The position numbers were made by a program, and so were the translations under genes. Shown here piece after piece: positions 22,900-34,712 of a stretch of DNA of 64,000 nt (within the stretch, counting starts at the first letter, position 1; every line of letters starts with the position of its first letter). The DNA lies in NCBI GenBank assembly GCA_030390025.1, contig JASTWF010000035.1:2542001-2606000 (forward strand). Reading direction: 5' to 3'. Origin of the DNA: Squalus acanthias (taxonomy: Eukaryota). The notes beneath the pieces are model-generated. The model saw only the letters and a program-made list of their open reading frames with translations. It made no database searches and was not told the origin of the DNA.

Positions 22900-25800
22900 A
22901 AGGTAGTAATACACGAATAGAAGGATAGAACAGATGAATGCGTGACTGGAGAGATGGTGCAGGAGGAAGGACTTTAGATTCCTGAGGCATTGGGACCATT
23001 TCTGGGGAAGGCGGGACCTGTACAAATCGGATGGGTTACACCTCAACAGAGCCGGGACCAATATTCTCGCAGGGAGGTTTGTTAGTGCTGTTGGGGTGGT
23101 TTAAACTAACTTCGCAGGGGGATGGGCACCAGCATATAGGAGTAGAAAAGAGGAATAAGTTGCATAAAAGAGTGAGTGTGTTGGATAGTACCAGAGAAGA
23201 TAGTACTAGAGGCAGTAGTAATACCATATTAGATAGGAGCAGACTAAGAAAGAGTACGAAAAATTCAAAAATGGGTTTAGAATGCATGTACGTAAACGCA
23301 CAAAGTGTGGTGAATGAGGTTGGTGAACTACAAGCACAATTAGCCGTGTGGCAGTATGATGTTGTGGCAATAATGGAAACGTGGCTTAAAAACAGTGAGG
23401 ACTGGGCACTTAATATTCAAGGGTACAAGGTGTTTAGAAAAGATAGGGAAGGAAAAAAGAGAGGTGGGGTGGCAGTGCTGATTAAGGAAGACATTGTAGT
23501 GTTGGAAAGGGAGGATGTTCTTGCGGGGACAAGGACAGAATCCATTTGGTTAGAGTTGAGGAGCAAAAGGGTATGATCACGCTATTGGAGGTATTCTATA
23601 GTACTCCAAATAGTGAGAGGGAGGTAGAGGAGCAAATCTGCAGGGAAATCGCAGAGATATGCAAGAGCTATAGAGTGGTGATATTGGGGGACCTTAATTA
23701 CCCAAATATCGATTGGGATAATGCTAGGGTAAAGGGAAAGGAGTGGGAGGAATTTCTGAAATGTATTCAGGAGAATTTCCTTGACCAATATGTTCTTGGC
23801 CCAACTAGGAAGGAGGCATTGCTGGATCTGGTGCTGGGGAATGAGGTGGGCCAGGTCGACCAAGTGTCTGTGGGCGAACACTTGGGTACGAGTGATCATT
23901 GTATCATAAGATTTAGATTAGTAATGGAGAGGAGCAAGGAACAATCTAGAGTGGAACTTCTAAACTGAAATAGGGCTAACTTCAATGGGATGCGAAAGGA
24001 TCTAGCCAGGGTAAAATGGAACCAAAGACTGACAGGAAAAACTGTAACGGAACAATGGGTGATCTTTAAAGAGGAGATGTTCCAAGTACAGGCTAGGTAC
24101 ATTCCAACAAGAGGGAAGGGTAAGGGAACCAAAGCAAGGGCTCCTTGGATGACGAGGGAGATAGAGAAGATGATGAAACAAAAAAAAGAGGGTGTATGAT
24201 GCATGTCAGGTGAATTCTTCAAGGGAGAACCAGACCAAATACAATAAGTTGAGAGAGATGTGAAGATGAAAATAAGATTGGCAAAGAGAGAATATGGGAG
24301 TAGAATGGTGGTTAACATAAAAGGGAACCCAAAAATCTTCTACTGGCATGTAAACAGTAAGCGGGTAGTAAGAGGTGGGGTGGGGCCTATTAGAGAGAAA
24401 GAAGCTGATATATGCTTAGAGGCGCAGGGCAAGGCTAGAATACTCAATGAGTACTTTGTATCGGTGTTTACTAAGGAGGTGGATGCTGACAAAATATCGG
24501 TAGAAGTGGAAAAGTAGAAGCAATGGAAGGGGTGAAAATTGATAGACAGGATGTACTAGAAAGGCTGGGTATGCTTAGAGTGGATAAGTCGCCTGGTCCA
24601 GATGGCTTGCATCCCAGGTTGCTAAGGGACTTGGGGGAGGAGGTAGCGGAAGGGCTTGCCATAATTATCCAATCTTCCCTAGATGCGGGGGAGGTGCTTG
24701 AGGATTGGAAAGTGGCAAATGTGACACCATTGTTCAAGAAAGGGTGTAAGGACAATTCTAGTAACTACAGGCCGGTCAGTTTAACATCAGTGGTGGGTAA
24801 AGTTTTAGAATCAATAATCAAGGAAAAAATCAACGGGCACTTGGAGAGGTTTAAGCTAATTAAGGAGAGCCAACACGGATTTGTAAAAGGCAGATCGCGT
24901 TTGACTAATTTAATTTTTTGATGAAGTAACAGAACAGATTGCATTGGATGTTGTCTACATGCATTTAAGGGAGGCGTTTGTCAAAGTACCACATAGAAGG
25001 CTGGTTAACAAAATTGAGGCTCATGGAATAGGTGGGTCAGTGGCAGCTTGGATAAGGAATTGGCTTAAGGGCAGAAAACAGCGAGTTGTGGTAAATGGCT
25101 GTTTTTCAGACTGGAGGATGGTGGACAGTGGTGTTCCCCAAGGGTCAGTGCTGGGGCCACTGCTTTTTTTGATATATAAAAATGACCTGGATATTGGAAT
25201 ACAGTGTATTCCAAACTTGGGGGTGTGGCAAACAGTGATGATGATACCAATCGACTGCAACAGGACATAGAAAGGCTAGCAGAATGGGCAGACAAGTGGC
25301 AGATGGAATTTAATACAGAGAAGTATGTGGTGATACATTTTGGCAGAAGGAACAGGGAGAGGCAATATACACTTAATGGCACAGTTTTAAAGAGTGTGCA
25401 GGGACAGAGGGACCTGGGAGTTAATGTGCATAGGTCCCTGAAGGTGGCAGGACATATTGAGAGAGTGGTTAGCAAAGCATATGGGATCTTGGGCTTCATA
25501 AATAGAGGTATTGAGTACAAAAGTAGAGAAGTTATGCTTAATCTTTATAAAGTGCTGGTTCGGCCACAACTGGAGTATTGCATCCAGTTCTGGTCACCAC
25601 ACTTTAGGAAGGATGTGAAGGCCCTTGAGAGAGTGCAGAGGAGATTTACCAGAATGGTTCCGGGGATGGGGGATCTTAGCTACAAGGACAGGTTGGAGAA
25701 GTTGGATTTGTTTTCATTAGAGCAAAGGAGGTTGCGGGGTGATTTGATAGAGGTGTACAAGATTATGACAGGTTTGGATAGGCTAGTTGATGTTACAAGG

Positions 25801-26090
25801 ACTAGGGGACATAGATTTAAGGTTTTGGGCAAGAGATACAGGGGGGATGTGAGGGAAAACTATTTTACGCAGTGAGTGGTGATGACCTGGAACTCGCTGC
25901 CAACGGAAGTGGTGGAGGCGGAGACACTCAATGTTTTCAAGGGGAGACTGGATAGGCACTTGAGGGAAATAAACTTGCAGGGCTACGGGGATAGAGCGGG
26001 GGAATGGGACTGACTGGATTGCTCGACAGCGAGCCGGCACGGACTCGATGGGCCGAATGGCCTCCTTCTGTGCCGTTATCACTCTATGAC
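22900..26090 (+). mobile_element. Long decayed CR1 (end of esterase-type ORF1, ORF2 APE-RT, 3' tail), RT FADD motif deleted
   Basis: ORF1 end at 22930-23110 (WLERWC...DGLHLNRAG). APE motifs ETWL, GDLNYP, SDH. RT and tail present; multiple frameshifts. Confidence 0.92.
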
Positions 26091-26199
26091 CTAATTTGAC
26101 TGGGTCCTGCTGGTCTGTTCCAGTTCAGCTGACATTTATTTCTATTTAGGAACTGTCCCCTTAGATTGGAAAATTGCCAATGTCACTCTATTATTTATA

Positions 26200-26599
26200 G
26201 AATATTGCAGCACAGAAGGAGGCCATTGAGCTCATCATGTCTGTGCTGGCTCTTTGCAAGAGCAATCCAATTAGTCCCACTCCCCTGCTCTTTCCCCATA
26301 GCCCTGCAATTTTCTCCCCTTCAAGTATTTATCCAATTCCCATTTGAAAGTTACTTTTGAATCTGGTTCCACCACCCTTTCGGGCAGTGCATTGCAGATC
26401 ATAACTTGCTGTGTGATTAGTGGTGTGCCCCAGTGATCTGCACTGGGGCCTCAGCTTTTTACCATATTTATAAATAACTTAGATGAAGCAATAGAGAGCC
26501 GTATGTCCAAGTTTGCTGATGACACTAAGTTAGGTGGCACAGTAAGTAGTGTAGATGTGAGAAGAAAGTTGCAAAGGGACATTGACCATAGAATCATAG
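26200..26599. mobile_element. Small CR1 fragments; the last continues at 29358-30160 after the solo LTR
   Basis: CR1 tail and KFADD-coding pieces; catagaatcatag|aatgatacagc is split by the LTR. Confidence 0.7.
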
Positions 26600-29357
26600 T
26601 GAAGGGATAATTACAAGTCCTAGCCCTTTCGACTACCCCAGATTAGGCGTATTCCCCAGACGTTTACCTTCAACTAAAGTTTGCGGTAGCCAGATCCTAT
26701 AAGACGCTTAATTGGGTCTAAAGGTGAGACTACCTCTCCCTAAAGGAAAGAAACGGTCTAAAGATGTTACCGTCCTCCAGATAGTACCTTTAATAAGTTT
26801 AACTGGACTGTAACCTTTTGGATATTATAAGGGTCCGGAATACCCCCCAGAATTCTGCAACTCCTTTGAGTGTACAGAAATTGAGTTCGCAAGATGATAC
26901 AGAATACTCTGAGACAATTCTAACAACATATATAAGAACATAAGAAATAGGAGCAGGAGTGGGCCAATCGGCCCCTCGAGCCTGCTCCGCCATTCAATAA
27001 GATCATGGCTGATCTGATCCTAACCTCAAATCTAAAGAACACAAGAAGTAGGAGCAGGACCCAGCCACTCAGCCCCTGGGCCCGCTCCGCCACCCACAGG
27101 GCCTTGACCGATCCGAACTCAGCCTCATGTCCAATTTCCTGCCCGCTCCCCATAACCCCTAATTCCCTTTACTTCTAGGAAACTGTCTATTTCTGTTTTA
27201 AATTTATTTAATGATGTAGCTTCCACAGCTTCCTGGGGCAGCAAATTCCACAGACCTACTACGCTCTGAGTGAAGAAGTTTCTCCTCATCTCAGTTTTGA
27301 AAGAGCAGCCCCTTATTCTAAGATTATGCCCCTTAGTTCTAGTTTCACCCATCCTTGGGAACATCCTTACTGCATCCACCCGATCAAGCCCCTTCACAAT
27401 CTTATATGTTTCAATAAGATCGCCTCTCATTCTTCTGAACTCCAATGAGTAGAGTCCCAATCTACTCAACCTCTCCTCATATGTCCACCCCCTCATCCCC
27501 GGGATTAACCGAGTGAACCTTCTTTGTACTGCTTCGAGAGCAAGTATGTCTTTTCTTAAGTATGGACACCAAAACTGTATGCAGTACTCCAGGTGCGGTC
27601 TCATCAATACCTTATATAACTGCAGCAATACCTCCCTGTTTTTATAATCTATCCCCCTAGCAATAAAAGCCAATATTCCGTTGGCCTTCTTGATCACCTG
27701 CTGCACCTGCATACTAACTTTTTGATTTTCTTGCACTAGGACCCCCAGATCCCTTTGTACTGCAGTACTTTCCAGTTTCTCGCCATTAAGATAATAACTT
27801 GCTCTCTGATTTTTCCTGCCAGTTCATAACCTCACATTTTCCAATATTGTATTGCATCTGCCAAATCTCCGCCCACTCACCCAGCCTGTCTATATCCCCT
27901 TGTAGGTTTTTTATGTCCTCCTCACTTTCTACTTTCCCTCCCATCTTTGTATCATCTGCAAACTTTGATATGTTACACTCGGTCCCCTCCTCCAAATCGT
28001 TAATATAGATTGTAAAGAGTTCAGGACCCAGCACCGACCCCTGCGGAACACCACTGGCTACTGGTTGCCAGTCCGAGAATGAACCATTTATCCCAACTCT
28101 CTGCTTCCTGTTGGATAACCAATCCTCCACCCATGCCAGAATATTACCCCCAATCCAGTGATTTTTTATCTTGAGCAATAATCTTTTATGTGGCACCTTG
28201 CCGAATATAGATTTATTCACGAACCGACATTTAGATAACATTTATTATGGCAATCGCATCTTTAATCGTTCAAAATACAAATAGCTTCTATTTCTTATTC
28301 TCATAGATCCTTATTCTCAAATCTTAACTTCGCTACATTTCCACATTTCTACTTATTTCTTAATCCAGAATATCCACCAAAATCAAATAAGAGTACCATG
28401 ATCCCCGAGACTCATAAGTTAAAAACTTACAGAGAATGTCTGTTAAGTTGAGAAACGCTTGCCTTCTCAGCGACTTCTGACTTTCCGTCTGAAAAGCTCT
28501 CATTTTTATATCTTTTTTGGGTGGTTTATCCTTTGAAGTATTCGTGCTGATGTAAGCTAATTGTATCAAGTCATTCTTTGCTGACTTTGTTCTATTCTTT
28601 ACTGTCATTTCAGCTGTCAGCTTTTAGACTTGTGTCCTGTTTAGGTGTTTCCAAAACCATCATAAACACAATGACAGCAATGGTATCTGTTTGATGCAAT
28701 TCTTAGGAAGTCTTTCTATTGAATTTCTAATACTACTTTAACTGGTTATTATCAGACGTTGTGACTCCATATTTCAAGCTTAACATTAAAACTATTTGTT
28801 CAGCAGATGTTTCTTTTACTTGATGTCATTTCTTCAAAGCTTTCTGTGGGTATCATATTTACAATATGTAAATTGAAAACACTTGAACTCAGTGTTTACT
28901 TGTTTTCTAGCTATCTCAATTGGTTGCATATTTAATCATGTTTCCTGTCTTTAAGTTTAACATAAAACTATTTTACGACAGGTATTTCTTACTTGATGTC
29001 ATTTTTTCAAAGGCACTTGGTTTTTTTAATGTTCTGTGCATCTGTTCGACGTGTTAGATGATAACACTTTACTTGGGTCATTCCATTGTTTTGATTCCAA
29101 TGTCCAGATGCTCTGGAAGCAAACCTTTGCTTTATCAATAGGGCTTGTTTCTTGGTCAATAACCCATTCCCATTTCAAAGCCTGTGGTGTTTTACAACTT
29201 GTGAATAACTGATCTTTATCTCAGAAGCCTGTATTGTGCCGACAGCCTGTGTCGCCGAGGCTTTCAGACTTTTAAACCCAGTATGTCATTTATTAATAAT
29301 TTCAGAAATCTGTTCTTAGTATCGTATATTTTTCTGAATCCTGGCTATTCCTTCACA
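26600..29357 (-). mobile_element. Putative solo LTR (~1.5 kb net) interrupted by the CR1 at 26931-28205
   Basis: TG...CA termini with inverted ends TGAAGGGATA...TATTCCTTCACA and 4-bp TSD ATAG (26596-26599 and 29358-29361). On the minus strand: ~65-bp imperfect direct repeats (28772-28840, 28950-29015), TATA-like GATATAAAAA near 28505 and AATAAA near 28215. Confidence 0.7.
26931..28205 (-). mobile_element. 5'-truncated CR1 with duplicated 3' UTR
   Basis: ORFs 27125-27736 and 27786-28241; same subfamily as 39032-39659. Confidence 0.92.
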
Positions 29358-30590
29358 ATAGAATGATACAGCACAGAAGGAGGTTATTCGGCCCATCGTG
29401 CCTGTGCTGGCTATTTGGTAGAGCTATCCAATTAATCCCACTCCCCCGCTCTTTTCCCGTAGCCCTGTCATTTTTTTCCTTCAAGTATTTATCCAATTCC
29501 CTTTTGAAGGTTACTATTGAATCTGCTTCCACCGCCCTTTCAGGCAGCGCATTCCAGATCACAACAACTTGATGTATAAAACAAAGTTTTTTCTGACGTT
29601 GCCTCTGGTTCTTTTGCCAATCACCTTAAATCTGTGTCCTCTGGTTCTCGACCCTTCTGCCGCTGGAAACAGTTTCTCCTTATTTACTCTATCAAAACCA
29701 TCATGATTTTGAACATCTCCATCAAATCTCCTCTTAACCTTCTCTGCTCTAAGGATAACAATCCCAGTTTCTCCACCTCCCCCTTTAAAATTGTACCCTT
29801 TAGTTTATATTGCCTCTCCTCATTCTTCCTACCAAAATGTACCACTTCACACTTCTCTACATTAAATTTCATCTGCCATGTGTCTCCCAATTTCATCAGT
29901 CTGTCTATGTCCTCCTGAAGTCTGTTACTATCCTCCTCACTGTTAGCTAATTTCTGAGTTTTTCATCATCTGCAAATTTTGGTCATTAATATATATCAAA
30001 AAGAGCAGTGGTACTAATACCGACCCCTGGGAAACACCACTCTATACTTCCCGCCAGTCTGAAAAACAGCCGTTCACCACTACTCTCTGCTTTCTGTCCC
30101 TTAGCCAATTTTGTATCCATGCTGCCACTGTCCCTTTAATCCCATGGGTTTCAATTTTGTTAATTACCATATTATGTATAAACAGGTCATTTTCGTGTTG
30201 GCAGGCTGTAACTAGTGGGGTACCACAAGGATCAGTGCTTGGGCCTCAGCTATTCACAATCTGTATTAATCATTTGGTTGAGGGGACCAAATGTAATATA
30301 TCCAAGTTTGCTGATGATACAAAGCTCGATGGGAATGTAAGTTGTGAGGAGGATGCAAAGAGGCTTCAAGGGGATATAGACGGGCTAAGTGAGTGGGCAA
30401 GAACATGGCAAATGGAATATAATGTGGAGAAATGTGAAGTTATACACTTTGGTAGGAAAAATAGAAAAGAGTATTTTTTAAATGGTGAGTTAATGGGAAA
30501 TGTTGGTGTTCAGAGGGAGTGGGTGTCCTTGTACACGAATCACTGAAAGTTAGCATGCAGGTACAGCAAGCAATTAGGAAAGCAAATCGT
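29358..30590. mobile_element. CR1 fragments (minus 29358-30160, plus 30170-30590)
   Basis: ORFs 29353-29562, 29684-29896 and 30157-30546. Confidence 0.85.
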
Positions 30591-30594
30591 ATAA

Positions 30595-32580
30595 AAACAT
30601 AGAAAAATAGGAGCGGGAGTCGGCCATTCGGCACTTCGAGCCTGCTCCGCCATTCAATATGATCATGGCTGATCCTCTATCACAATACCATATTCCCGCT
30701 CTCTTCCCATACCCCTTGATGCCTTTTGTGTCTACAAAATCTATCGATCTCCTTCTTAAATATATTCAGCGACTTGGCCTCCACAGCCTTCTGCGGTAGA
30801 GAATTCCACAGGTTCACCACCCTCTGAGTGAAGAAATTTCTCCTCATCTCAGTCCTAAATGTCCTACCCCATATCCTGAGACTGTGACCCCTCGTTCTAG
30901 ACCCCCCAGCCAGGGGAAACATCCTCCCTACATCCAGTCTGTCTAGCCCTGTCAGAATTTTATACGTTTCAATGAAATCCCCTCTCATTCTTCTAAACTC
31001 TAGTGAATACAGGCTTAGTCAACTGAATCTCTCCTCATACGACAGTCCTGCCATCCCAGGAATCAGTCTGGTGAACCTTCGCTGCACTCCCTCTATGGCA
31101 AGTATATCCTTTCTCAGGTAAGGAGACCAAAACTGCACACAGTACTCCAGGTGTGGTCTCACCAAGGCCCTGTATAACTGTAGTAAGACATCTTTGCTCC
31201 TGTACGCAAATCCTCTTGCAATGAAGGCCAACATACCATTTGCCTTCCTAACTGCTTGCTGCACCTGCATGTTTGCTTTCAGTGACTGGTGTACAAGGAC
31301 ACCCAGGTCCCTTTGTACATCAACTTTTCCCAATCTATCACCATTTAAATAATACTCTACCTTTCTGTTTTTCCTACCGAAGTGGATAACTTCACATTTA
31401 TCCACGTTATACTGCATCTGCCATGTATTTGCCCACTCACTCAACTTGTCTAAATTGCCTTGAAGCCTCTTTGCATCCTCCTCACAACTCACAATCCCAT
31501 CTAGTTTCGTGTCGTCAGCAAACTTGGAAATATTACATTTGGTTCCCTCATCCAAATCATTGATATATATTGTGAATAGCTGGGGCCCAAGCACTGATCC
31601 CTGCGGTACCCCACTAGTCACCGGCTGCCACCCCGAAAAAGACCCATTTATTCCTACTCTCTGTTTCCTGTCTGTTAACCAATTTTCAATCCATGCCAGT
31701 ATATTACCCCCAATCCCATGTGCTTTAATTTTGCACACTAACCTCTTATGTGGGACTTTATCAAAGGCCTTCTGAAAATCCAAATACACCACATCCACTG
31801 GTTCTCCCTTATCTATTCTACCAGTTACATCTTCAAAAAACTCCAGTAGGTTTGTCAAACACGATTTCCCTTTCATAAATCCATGTTGACTTTGTCTAAT
31901 TCCGTTGATATTTTCTAAGTGTCCTGTTATCACATCCTTTATAATGGACTCTAGCATTTTCCCTACTACTGATGTTAGACTAACCGGTCTGTAGTTCCCT
32001 GTTTTCTCTCTCCCTCCTTTTTTAAATAGTGGGGTTACATTTGCCACTCTCCAATCTGTAGAAACTGTTCGATAATCTATAGAATTTTGGAAGATGACAA
32101 CCAATGCATCCACTATTTCCATGGCTACCTCTTTTAGTACTCTGGGATGCAGATTATCAGGCCCTGGGGATTTATCGGCTTTCAGTCCCATTCATTTCTC
32201 CAGCACTTTTTTTACGAATACTAATTTCCTTTAATTCCTCCTTCTCACTGGACCCTTGGTTCCCTAGCATTTCTGGGAAGTTATTTGTGTCCTCTTCCGT
32301 AAAGACAGAACCAAAGTATTTGATTAATTGCTCAGCCATTTCCTTGTTCCCCATTATAAATTCTCCCGTTTCTGACTAATCTTTTTCTTTTTACATACTT
32401 GTAGAAGCTTTTACAATCCGCTTTTATGTTCCTTGCAAGTTTACTCTCATACTCTATTTTTCCCCTCATAATCAATCTCTTGTTCTGTTTTTGCTGAACT
32501 CTAAACTGCTCCCAATCCTCAGGCTTGCTACTTTTTCTGGCAACTTTATATGACTCCTCTTTGGATCTAATACTATCCTT
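30595..32580 (-). mobile_element. CR1, 5'-truncated, RT domain largely open
   Basis: ORF 31019-32191 (390 aa) with [23 protein letters not shown] and KFADD. Confidence 0.95.
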
Positions 32581-32806
32581 GTGGGCCTTTATTACAAAAG
32601 GATTTGAGTATAAGAGTAAAGACGTCTTCCTGCAATTATATAGGGCCCTGGTGAGACCACACTTGGAGTATTGTGTACAGTTTTGGTCTCCTTACCTAAG
32701 GAAGGATATACCATAGTGGGAGTGCAACAAAGGTTCACCAGAAATAAAAACAGAAAATGCTGGAAATACTCAGCAGGTCAGGCAGCATCTGTGGAGAGAG
32801 AAACAG

Positions 32807-32843
32807 AGTTAACGTTTCAGGTCGATGACCTTTTGTCAGAACT
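32807..32843 (-). ncRNA. Minimal hammerhead ribozyme motif in the Penelope terminal repeat (degenerate)
   Basis: AGUU CUGACAA AAGGUC AUC GACCU GAAACGUU AACU; the CUGANGA box has one mismatch. Confidence 0.6.
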
Positions 32844-34675
32844 GGAAAAAGCTGGAGATGGAACAGGTTTTTAAGCAAGTGTAGGGGCAGGGAAAGGGGG
32901 GAGGGGAGAAAAGAACAAAAGGGAAGGTCTGTGATAGGATGGAAGGCAGGAGAGATTAAGAGACATAAAGAGATGGTGCAAGGCAAAAGGAGATGGTAAT
33001 GGGACAAGTTAAGAAACAAAAGATGACTCTAGATGAAGTGTAAATGACAATGACAGGATGAAAGACAGCTGCCATGTGGGAGAGAAAAAAAAATGGTAAA
33101 AAAAAAGGATAGGGGCAGAGGTTATGGTCTGAAATTGTTGAACTCTGTGTTGAGTCCAGAAGGCTGTAAAGTACCTAATCGAAAGATGAGGTGCTGTTCC
33201 TCGAGCTTACGCTGAGCTTCCGTGGAACAGTGTAAGAGGCCGAGGACGGTGAGGTCTGAGTGGGAGTGGAGCGGAGAATTAAAGTGACAGGTGACCGGAA
33301 GCTCGGGGTCACCCTTATGGACTGAACGGAGGTGTTCCGCAAAGCGGTCACCCAATCTGCGTTTGGTCTCCCCAATGTAGAGGAGACCGCATCATGAGCA
33401 GCGAATACAGTATACTAGATTGCAAGAAGTGCAAGTAAATCGCTGTTTCACCTGGAAGGAGTGTTTGGGGCCCTGGACAGTGGGAAGGGAGGAGGTAAAA
33501 GGGCATGTGTTGCATCTCCTGCGCTTGCACGGGAAGGTGCCAGGTGAAGGGGAAGGGCTGTTGGGGGTGATTGAGGAGTGGACTAGGGTGTCGCGGAGGG
33601 AGCGGTCCCTTCGGAATGCTGAAAGGGGAGGTGAGGGGAAGATGCGTTTGGTGGTGGGATCACGCTGGAGGTGGCGGAAATGGCGGAGGATGATCTGTTG
33701 AATGTGGAGGCTGGTGGGGTGAAAGGTGAGGACAAGGGGAACTCTATCGTGGTTCCGGGAGGGAGGAGCAGGGGTGAGGGCAGAAGTGCGGGAGATAGAA
33801 CGGACACGGTCAAAGGCCGTGTTAACCACAGTAGAGGGGAATCCTCAGTTGAGGAAAAAGGAAGACATATCGGAAGCACTGGTATGGAAGGTGGCATCGT
33901 CAGAGCAGATGCGGCGGAGATGGAGAAACTGGGAGAATGGAATAGAGACCTTACAGGAAGTGGGGTGGGAGGAAGTGTAGTCCAGGTAGCTGTGGGAGTC
34001 AGTGGGCTTGTAGTGAATGTTTGTCAATACTCCTCCCTTCCCACTGTCCAGGGCCCCAAACACTCCTACCAGGTGAAACAGCGATTTACTTGTACTTCTT
34101 GCAATTTAGTATACTGTATTCGCTGCTCACGATGCGGTCTCCTCTACATTGGGGAGACCTAACGCAGATTGGGTGACCGCTTTGCGGAACACCTCCATTC
34201 AGTCCGTAAGGGTGACCCCGAGCTTCTGGTAGCCTGTCACTTTAATTCTCCGCTCCACTCCCACTCAGACCGCACCATCCTCGGCCTCTTACACTGTTCC
34301 AATGAAGCTCAGTGTAAGCTTGAAGAACAGCACCTCATCTTTCGATTAGGCACTTTACAGCCTTCCGGACTCAACATAGAGTTCAACAATTTCAGACCAT
34401 AACCTCGGCCCCTATCCTTTTTTTTACCTTTTTTTTTTCTCTCTCCCACATGGCAGCTGTCTTTCATTCTGCCAGTGTCATTTACACTTCATCCAGAGCC
34501 ATCTTTTGTTTCTTAACTTGTCCCATTACCATCTCCTTTTGCCTTGCACCATCTCTTAATGTCTCTTAATCTCTCCTACCTTCCATCCTATCACAGACCT
34601 TCCCTTTTGTTCTTTCCTCCCCTCCCCCCTTTCGCTGCACTTGCTTAAAGACCTGTTCGATCTCCAGCTTTTTCC

Positions 34676-34712
34676 AGTTCTGACGAAGGGTCATCGACCT
34701 GAAACATTAACC
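34676..34712 (+). ncRNA. Minimal hammerhead ribozyme motif in the Penelope terminal repeat (degenerate)
   Basis: AGUU CUGACGA AGGGUC AUC GACCU GAAACAUU AACC; core boxes are intact but the AACGUU palindrome is mutated. Confidence 0.65.

Noticed and set aside
22653..22928. ORF-track calls 22653-22928, 61202-61390 and 5543-5779 as standalone small proteins
   Set aside because: Only the splice-bounded parts resemble ADAM sequence; the rest is intron read-through.
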